Virus record (IMG/VR): IMGVR_UViG_3300045988_090085
Coordinates: 1-55,970 of that record
DNA from: a virus
DNA length: 55,970 bases
Reading direction: 5' to 3' (one strand)
Of this stretch, positions 50,801 to 55,970 are shown piece by piece. The notes beneath the pieces are model-generated. The model made no database searches, was not told the DNA's origin, and saw only the letters and a list, made by a program, of their open reading frames with translations. A program made the position numbers and the translations under genes. Each line of letters opens with the position of its first letter. Positions within the stretch are counted from its first letter, which is position 1.

Positions 50801-51890
50801 TTGAGAAGATCAAATAACTATCCATAACGAAGTTGTAGAAGTCATTCGATGCCCCCATCATACCAACAGGGATATAGTCATCGTAGGCATGCTTGTCGTC
50901 TAGATACACATTCAAGCACTCATTAGCAATACCCCCGAGCTCGAATGGGATCATGCCTTTGAGTCTATCATAATCTGCACGATTAAGAAGCCTACCAGAT
51001 GGTGACACGTCAATGAGTCGTCTTATCAACCCTGATTTAGCATCGGTAATTTTTACTGGCTTGTTTGTACCCATAAATAGGAAACACTTGAAGTCAGTAG
51101 CATAAGTTGATTTAAACTTCTCATTGACTGTCATCTTCTCATGTGACACTAAGGAATTTAATCGAGTATTGTCCTCGATTCTGGAAAGGTCACCATCATG
51201 CTGAATAGCAACCAACGGGTTTGATTTGAAAGCCTCAAGCGCAAACTGATTGCTTGATGAACCCAAGGATTTCGCATCAAATACCGAATAGTAACCCTGG
51301 AACAATTGTTCTACAATGTTGAGGATTGTTGATTTACCCGTACCCTGTGCACCATAGAGAACCATAAATTTCTGAATCCTTTTGGAATCACCGGACACGA
51401 TAGCGCCGATCGCCCACATCAATTTGTGAGCTTCCTCCTCATCATAGAGGGTATGTATCATCTGATCAAATGCTGGTGTTGGAGCATTCTCGAGTGGATA
51501 AGGTAACCTCTTGCTCGCGTAATCCTCTTTTTTCACAGGACTGTTTGCAAAGACAAGAGTCTCGTCTAATGGGTGAAATGAGTCTCGCATCTGACGCTGA
51601 CAATATCTATGCCATGCATCAATCATGTTTGACTCTGCATCGCACATGTAAAGCACGATTGCCCCATGCTCGATATTCTTTTCAGCAAGATACTTGTCAA
51701 TCTCGGCATCAATCAGATCAAGCGCGTCTTGTTCATCAGTGCTCCAACGCCCCTGCTCGTCAAGCCAGATGGCATAGAAATCCCCGCCTCGAATCATCAA
51801 GTCTTTTGACTTAGTAATTCTGAAGCGAGGATATACGACTGTACGACCTTTCGAGTCCGTTCGAGTAGACACTCTGAAGAAGTCTAGCAT
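47898..51890 (-). CDS. Fusion replicase: SF3 (D5/P4-type) helicase + archaeo-eukaryotic primase + family-B DNA polymerase with 3'-5' exonuclease
   Basis: YGAQGTGKST (aa 179-188); VIDFD + SGCGVHLHY (aa 506-547); exo FYDVEVF / NRNYDNH / YCKNDV; pol DISSMHPHS / KTAINSVYG / IKTDS. Confidence 0.8.
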   Translation of the reverse strand: MLDFFRVSTRTDSKGRTVVYPRFRITKSKDLMIRGGDFYAIWLDEQGRWSTDEQDALDLIDAEIDKYLAEKNIEHGAIVLYMCDAESNMIDAWHRYCQRQMRDSFHPLDETLVFANSPVKKEDYASKRLPYPLENAPTPAFDQMIHTLYDEEEAHKLMWAIGAIVSGDSKRIQKFMVLYGAQGTGKSTILNIVEQLFQGYYSVFDAKSLGSSSNQFALEAFKSNPLVAIQHDGDLSRIEDNTRLNSLVSHEKMTVNEKFKSTYATDFKCFLFMGTNKPVKITDAKSGLIRRLIDVSPSGRLLNRADYDRLKGMIPFELGGIANECLNVYLDDKHAYDDYIPVGMMGASNDFYNFVMDSYLIFSRDNGVSLKIAWEMYKNYCEYAKVAYPFPQRVFKEELKNYFDEYLDKYTLADGTNARGYYKGFRGDRYESNDTSITAPAQNGSKTLILDSNISIFDKMCADCYAQYASEEGAPRSKWDNVTTKLSDIDTSLLHYVLFSDIHHIVIDFDLKVDGKKSLEANLAEAAKWPATYAELSKSGCGVHLHYIYTGDPTKLSRIYSENVEIKVFTGKQALRRKLTKCNNLPIANISSGLPLKGDDKVVNQDTIKNEKAIRTLILRNLEKEYHPGTKPSIDFIYKILDDAYKAGTQYDVRDLRNAVLAFAAGSTNHADYCIKMVNKMQFKSADEFVLDNAELKDEKPIVFYDVEVFPNLFVVCFMSDDSDEVSALINPTAEDINKLTSTKLVGFNNRNYDNHILYARMLGYDNDQIYQQSGLIIGNHKDGKFREAYNLSYTDIYDFASASNKMSLKKLEIKMGIHHQELGLPWDKPVPEELWPKVVKYCKNDVRATKAAFHYLEADWTAREILADLAEMTVNDSTNSLTTRIIFGTNRKPQNEFCYRNLAEPVTCMDPEVEAFLKEACPEMMSKKHYGYEGSGDKRESLLPYFPGYEFKFGKSTYRGEVVGEGGWVFAKPDAYGNVALLDISSMHPHSAIAECLFGPRFTRAFRDIVEGRVSIKHEAWDIVNGMLDGKLAPYIQKVLSGEMTSGSLANALKTAINSVYGLTSAKFENPFKDARNIDNIVAKRGALFMVNLKNEVEARGFKVAHIKTDSIKIPDATPEIIDFVYNYGLSYGYTFEHEATYEKMCLVNNAVYIAKYATEEKCMSLYGYCPGKNHKNSGEWTATGTQFAVPYVFKTLFSKEEIAFEDMCETKECRGSIYLDMCEGLPEGEHSYIFVGKVGLFCPMQEGVGAGKLYREADGKYYSIGGTKDYLWMETEQVEQLGLQDKVDKSYYIKLVNDAIESISLYCDAGWFASDEGYFGEIPGALPF

Positions 51891-51905
51891 CTGGACTCCC
51901 CCTTT

Positions 51906-52277
51906 TTATTCTTCTGTTGTGTCAGTTTTGGTTTTCTCATTATAGAGATTAAGTTCAACGTTATCAAGCCTGTCTTTGAGTTCCTTGGCTCTTGTGTTGG
52001 CCAGTGATGCGGTTACGAGACCAATTACGCCGAATACGACACCAACTGTGCAACCAACATTGAGACGAGATACATTTTTGTCAAGGAGGCCGATAGCTCT
52101 GTCCATAATGTTCATGTCGTCGGCCATTGCTTTAACGCAGCTGGTCAGCCCTTTGATGCAATCGGAGTTGTTATTGATATGCACGGTAGCATCATGAGAC
52201 CAAGCCACAGTATCACAGATGAAACCAAGCACCTTCTCGGTAACATTTCCATTGTTCATTGTAGTAATTTCGTTCAT
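51906..52277 (-). CDS. Hypothetical protein (123 aa) with C-terminal TM
   Basis: ORF track frame trimmed to ATG 8 nt after GGAGG. Confidence 0.65.
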   Translation of the reverse strand: MNEITTMNNGNVTEKVLGFICDTVAWSHDATVHINNNSDCIKGLTSCVKAMADDMNIMDRAIGLLDKNVSRLNVGCTVGVVFGVIGLVTASLANTRAKELKDRLDNVELNLYNEKTKTDTTEE

Positions 52278-52293
52278 AGTTATATCCTCCATT

Positions 52294-52830
52294 TTATTTA
52301 AGTGTATTAAGATAGCGCATTGCCTGGTACCATATTTCCAGGTTACGCATATCCACGGTGGGATCCGCAACGGTGAATAAGCCACCTCGTCCAGATGGCA
52401 TGTACTCACCTGCTTCAAACCTGTTTATTATTTCCTGTACATCGACAGGGTTGTAATGTTTGTCATCATACCCGTCAAGGCCTAATGACACGATCATAGC
52501 ATAGAACCACACACCCGTTCTGTCACCTTCAGCATCATCGGCCATAATCTGCTCCTCGATGCGGAGTGCGAGTGCCACCATCATCTCGAGCATTGAGCAG
52601 CCGTCATTTTGATCAAGGATTGTTGTTATCTCAGATGGCGTAAGGCCTATCTCATGTCCGAAACGCTGTCTCATGGCCCGTCCATCCGACTCTCGGTTTT
52701 CGTCCATACGGTTCTGATATACAAATCGTATGTCATGAAGCTGTGTACAGAGCTTCTTGTAGAACTGGAGTCCAGTCTTATCTACGAGCCATTTGACATA
52801 GTCGCGTTCCTGGTGTGGATGAATTCTCAT
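52294..52830 (-). CDS. Hypothetical protein (178 aa)
   Basis: ORF track frame, ATG 6 nt after GAGGTG. Confidence 0.65.
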   Translation of the reverse strand: MRIHPHQERDYVKWLVDKTGLQFYKKLCTQLHDIRFVYQNRMDENRESDGRAMRQRFGHEIGLTPSEITTILDQNDGCSMLEMMVALALRIEEQIMADDAEGDRTGVWFYAMIVSLGLDGYDDKHYNPVDVQEIINRFEAGEYMPSGRGGLFTVADPTVDMRNLEIWYQAMRYLNTLK

Positions 52831-52840
52831 TTTGATCACC

Positions 52841-53482
52841 TCACTTTACATCTAGCGGGTTGTCCGGAAAGGCATTGTCATAGTCAGGCGGTAAATCTGA
52901 ATAATTCATATCCTTTCGATTTATCTCGTAATCGATCATACGAGCATCGTTACGTACCCATATTTGTACCGTATTGAAGTCATCGAATGCATGGATAGCA
53001 TCAAGTCCGATTACAGTTTCGGGGTGCTCGATCTTAACGCCCCAGCTATCAGCTAAGACCCCGTCATCATACCAATCAAGGTCAAGTAGCTCATAGTCAT
53101 CGCAGTCACCCACCTGATTTGGATCGATGAGATAAGGCTTGTCTTCTGCATCGGGATTGGATACAGATTTCTCCATAAGAATCTCGCCTACGCCAGGTTC
53201 AACAACACCTTCTTCTTTCTTCTCAGGCTGTGAATAATTTGTATACTCATTCACCTGACGAGTGTATTTGTTGAACTCGGGATCATCCTTGTCACTGTCA
53301 ACGTAATTAGCTATTGCACCGTCTTCACGATACTTATGAATTACCCCATAAGCAGCTTTGACGCCAGCAATATCTCGATAAGCTTTTTCAGCGTATTTCT
53401 TCTCGAAGTATTTCATTGTGGAGACTACACCAACGGCAGCCCCCACAATAAACGCCAATACAACCTTAACTGTATTGTTCAT
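52841..53482 (-). CDS. Membrane-anchored acidic protein (213 aa)
   Basis: ORF track frame, ATG 6 nt after GAGGTG; N-terminal TM VVLAFIVGAAVGVVS. Confidence 0.65.
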   Translation of the reverse strand: MNNTVKVVLAFIVGAAVGVVSTMKYFEKKYAEKAYRDIAGVKAAYGVIHKYREDGAIANYVDSDKDDPEFNKYTRQVNEYTNYSQPEKKEEGVVEPGVGEILMEKSVSNPDAEDKPYLIDPNQVGDCDDYELLDLDWYDDGVLADSWGVKIEHPETVIGLDAIHAFDDFNTVQIWVRNDARMIDYEINRKDMNYSDLPPDYDNAFPDNPLDVK

Positions 53483-53492
53483 TTTGATCACC

Positions 53493-54410
53493 TCACCACT
53501 TTACTCGAGACATGATGTTGTCTGAGCAGTTGAAGTTTAGCCATACACCCTCGCGACCGCTATCCGTTACAAAGTTAGCAGCAGAGGGGTTATTGTAATC
53601 AAAGATGCCGAAAGATATCTGATGAGTAGGTCCATCGGGATCAAATATCCAGCCGGAGAACTGTCCTTCAGGTGTTCTGTCGAGACCGAGATCGTCTCTT
53701 ACCTCGTTTTCGAACATGAAGCCGGTTGCACGAAGTTTATCATTCGCTGCCTGCTCGTGTGCTTTAAGGAACATAAGATTGTAATTATTGTAGGGGTCAC
53801 GCTCATAGTTTACATTGCATTCATCAAAGAGTGCAGTATGAGGCGCCTTGTCGATCTTCTTGACTTCCTTGGTTTCAGTCTTTACCTCGCCGGTCTCAGG
53901 ATCGACGGTCTCGGTCTGTTCAAGCTCAACGCGCTCATTACGATAAAGCTTCATCTCTGCTTCATCACCGATAGCACCAGCAACACGCTTACGATATTCT
54001 CTGAATGATGTATCAACAGCAGTAAACGCAGCCGACAGCGCCGCATTTCTGCGCATCATAATGTTATTGGATCCGAGCATGCATGTGATAGAAGTTGCAG
54101 ACAGAAGAATTGTAGGTGCATATACCTTAGTGAGATACCATGCGGTGTCGAGATATACCTTTGTCATAGCCTGAGCATCTTCCTTACTCAGCTCGGCTTT
54201 TTCGTTACCCTCTTCATCGAGGTGAATTTCTTCGATTTTGATCTTGGCTTCCTCGATAACAGGAATAGCCTTCTTTGTACCCATAATAGCGCCGACGATA
54301 GCACCCGCACCTGCCACGATAGCACCCGCGATAAGAAGCTTAGGTGAGTTTTCGATTGCTGCAAACTTAACGTTTGTCATAAATTTACCGATAGTGTTCA
54401 TGATTTCCAT
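53493..54410 (-). CDS. Two-TM membrane protein (305 aa); paralog of the wrap-around gene 1..497 + 55503..55970
   Basis: ORF track; GGAGG RBS; shared blocks YAPTILLSATSITCMLGS..ALSAAFTAVDTSFREYRKRV. Confidence 0.7.
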   Translation of the reverse strand: MEIMNTIGKFMTNVKFAAIENSPKLLIAGAIVAGAGAIVGAIMGTKKAIPVIEEAKIKIEEIHLDEEGNEKAELSKEDAQAMTKVYLDTAWYLTKVYAPTILLSATSITCMLGSNNIMMRRNAALSAAFTAVDTSFREYRKRVAGAIGDEAEMKLYRNERVELEQTETVDPETGEVKTETKEVKKIDKAPHTALFDECNVNYERDPYNNYNLMFLKAHEQAANDKLRATGFMFENEVRDDLGLDRTPEGQFSGWIFDPDGPTHQISFGIFDYNNPSAANFVTDSGREGVWLNFNCSDNIMSRVKW

Positions 54411-54428
54411 ATTATTTTCCTCCTTGAA

Positions 54429-55034
54429 TTATTTATTGATGGGATAGGGGTTCGGCAGCTTAACAATGTAACAATTGCCATAAGAAACTACACGTGCATC
54501 TCTTATATCTGTCCAACCCCATTTGTTATCATTATAGTTGGGAATGATTCCAGCAGACTGATAGAAATCGCCTACAGATGCAATACCATACTCGGCGATC
54601 AACTCGAACATCTGGTCAAGCACCTTTTCGGCATCGACTCTTGTTGGGAATTGCACTGACTGATAATCAAATACAGATCCGGTTCTCGCAGGTGTTGGTG
54701 GACCGTTATACGATGCATAATAAGGTGTCACTTGAGCCTGCTTGTAATATCCTCCGTATGATGTATATGGGCTTCCACTATACCCTCCATATCCGTATCC
54801 ACGATTATTATGTCGAGCCTCGCCGAACAGTAGCATATCAACGCCGTTTGATATAATACTTGATGCCAGCTGTTTGAGGCCTGGTACAATCCAGTCTCTG
54901 AATATGGTGCCACTGACCGTTTTCAGGTCTGTTGTAATAAACTTGCCAGGATTAGCAGTAGGTTTCTTAACCGCCTGCGCCACAGCTTTAATTTCCTTCT
55001 TAGGGGTATTTGTTGGCATATTTGCCTGTGCCAT
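54429..55034 (-). CDS. Hypothetical protein (201 aa) with G/Y/S-rich low-complexity centre
   Basis: ORF track; AAGGAG RBS; downstream of hairpin 55057..55095. Confidence 0.7.
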   Translation of the reverse strand: MAQANMPTNTPKKEIKAVAQAVKKPTANPGKFITTDLKTVSGTIFRDWIVPGLKQLASSIISNGVDMLLFGEARHNNRGYGYGGYSGSPYTSYGGYYKQAQVTPYYASYNGPPTPARTGSVFDYQSVQFPTRVDAEKVLDQMFELIAEYGIASVGDFYQSAGIIPNYNDNKWGWTDIRDARVVSYGNCYIVKLPNPYPINK

Positions 55035-55056
55035 TGTATCATCTCCTTATTTTGAT

Positions 55057-55095
55057 CAGAAAAGCTAAGAGAGCCTGTTACAGCTCTCTCGCTTG
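55057..55095 (-). terminator. Family-A hairpin + T tail
   Basis: Plus CAGAAAAGCTAAGAGAGCCTGTTACAGCTCTC, 6 nt after stop of 55102..55434. Confidence 0.6.
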
Positions 55096-55101
55096 ACATC
55101 T

Positions 55102-55434
55102 TTACTTTGTTTCAGTCTCCTCATTTTCTGTCTGAACCTGAATGTCGGGAGCTTCGGTTGTTTCAGTTTTAACTGTTGCCTGTTCCGCCGATACCTGCTT
55201 TGACTCCTTCTTAGCTTTGATCCTAGCCGCAATAGCTTTGCCACCCTTGAATGCCAGCTTGACGAGTGCTGCTACACCCACGCCTGCCAGCACCGAGATG
55301 CCAATGCCCACAGCGACTGTACCCTTGTCAAGACCTTCGTCTTCGTCACAAGTGTCTTCGGATACAGGAACAATATCTGTTGCCTCTACCTCAGTCTCGT
55401 TCTCCATTACTTCGTTGTTCATCATTTCTTCCAT
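55102..55434 (-). CDS. Acidic single-TM protein (110 aa)
   Basis: ORF track frame trimmed to ATG after GGAGG. Confidence 0.7.
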   Translation of the reverse strand: MEEMMNNEVMENETEVEATDIVPVSEDTCDEDEGLDKGTVAVGIGISVLAGVGVAALVKLAFKGGKAIAARIKAKKESKQVSAEQATVKTETTEAPDIQVQTENEETETK

Positions 55435-55472
55435 GATTAAAACCTCCAATAAAATTTAATTTTTGAGATGTC

Positions 55473-55502
55473 TCTCATAAGAGAGTGTGTTTTTATCGCG
55501 AA
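55473..55502 (-). promoter_or_regulatory. Promoter-like motif copy (long-leader class)
   Basis: Minus TTCGCGATAAAAACACACTCTCTTATGAGA; upstream of 55102..55434. Confidence 0.55.
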
Positions 55503-55970
55503 TTACAGAACATGCCTAAAGTCTGTTCTTGGCGGTATTTCAAAATCGACCGTCATCGCAAGTCGATTATCTGCTGTGAGCGTGGACCCAAATATTGGAT
55601 CGATGTATCCGCGGTCTATGTGCCAGCCAAGTTCGTGACCCAAGGCAGTTTCTTCAAGTCCTACTTCGTAATAGAACTCATTGAGAGATATATAATTATC
55701 ATCTCTCATCTGCCGATTTAGGTCATTGCAGGCTTTTTTGATATCCTCCATTGTAGAGTAAAAGTATCTACCTGAGTAGCGCTCATAGCAAAGAAGTTTG
55801 CCATCTGCATTAGCAATAGCCACAGGAGCAGGTGTCGTAGATGCATCAACTGCTTTTTTTGCTACCTTATCCTGTATTTTTTGCTTAACCTCAGGAAGTT
55901 TCTCCTCCGGGACCATTTCTTTAATCTGCTCCTCAACAGATTTCTTATAGTCTCTAAATGCCTGATCTGA
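55503..55970 (-). CDS. C-terminal part of the wrap-around membrane protein gene (see 1..497)
   Basis: ORF 55503..55916 stays open to the window end; 55852..55970 duplicates 1..119. Confidence 0.7.
   Translation of the reverse strand, partial: SDQAFRDYKKSVEEQIKEMVPEEKLPEVKQKIQDKVAKKAVDASTTPAPVAIANADGKLLCYERYSGRYFYSTMEDIKKACNDLNRQMRDDNYISLNEFYYEVGLEETALGHELGWHIDRGYIDPIFGSTLTADNRLAMTVDFEIPPRTDFRHVL
55852..55970. repeat. Terminal direct repeat identical to 1..119
   Basis: Read directly. Confidence 0.95.

Noticed and set aside
1-55970. Stop-codon reassignment, a diversity-generating retroelement, a retron or a toxin-antitoxin pair
   Set aside because: Long ORFs are uninterrupted under the standard code. 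No reverse-transcriptase motif (YxDD) ORF or template/variable repeat pair was seen, and no convincing two-gene TA architecture is present.

Overview
The window is a complete, circularly closed genome of a tailed dsDNA phage with siphovirus-type architecture. Its unique length is 55,851 bp, because bases 1-119 are identical to 55852-55970. All ~87 credible CDS and one tRNA-like gene lie on the minus strand, and the plus-strand ORFs in the track look like shadow frames. Strong GGAGG Shine-Dalgarno sites and Cse60-like and YonO-like genes suggest a Firmicutes host (inference only).

Modules in transcription order (descending coordinates):
- 55.5->45.8 kb: membrane and unknown genes, a 1330-aa SF3 helicase / AEP primase / family-B polymerase fusion, an SF2 helicase and a tRNA-like gene.
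- 45.7->38.7 kb: small early-type genes, including MazG-like, HD hydrolase and ThyX-like.
- 38.7->33.9 kb: an XRE regulator behind four palindromic operators, a structured leader, VRR-NUC and PD-(D/E)XK nucleases, and a 922-aa protein. That protein carries the double-psi beta-barrel RNA polymerase catalytic signature (..IRFPHGG..GADFDGD..) flanked by HTH modules.
- 33.5->7.6 kb: packaging (TerS-like, HNH, TerL, portal), a protease-capsid fusion, the tail (2643-aa tape measure), fibre proteins and an NlpC/P60-SH3 endolysin.
- 7.5->0.5 kb: a holin and a hyperplastic array of ~20 tiny, mostly transmembrane ORFs.

The strongest non-coding signal is a 30-bp fixed-geometry motif on the minus strand (TTCGCG-N16-TTATGAGG, 19 copies). 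It is paired with 19 conserved hairpin/T-tract elements in three sequence families that show compensatory stem changes. Together they make almost every small gene an insulated promoter-gene-terminator cassette.

My main hypothesis (inference) is an autonomous phage transcription system: a YonO/RdRP-like single-subunit RNA polymerase, possibly virion-delivered, with its own promoter and terminator set driving a shuffling cassette array. No database search, fold prediction or tRNA scan could be run; every functional call rests on motifs read by eye.
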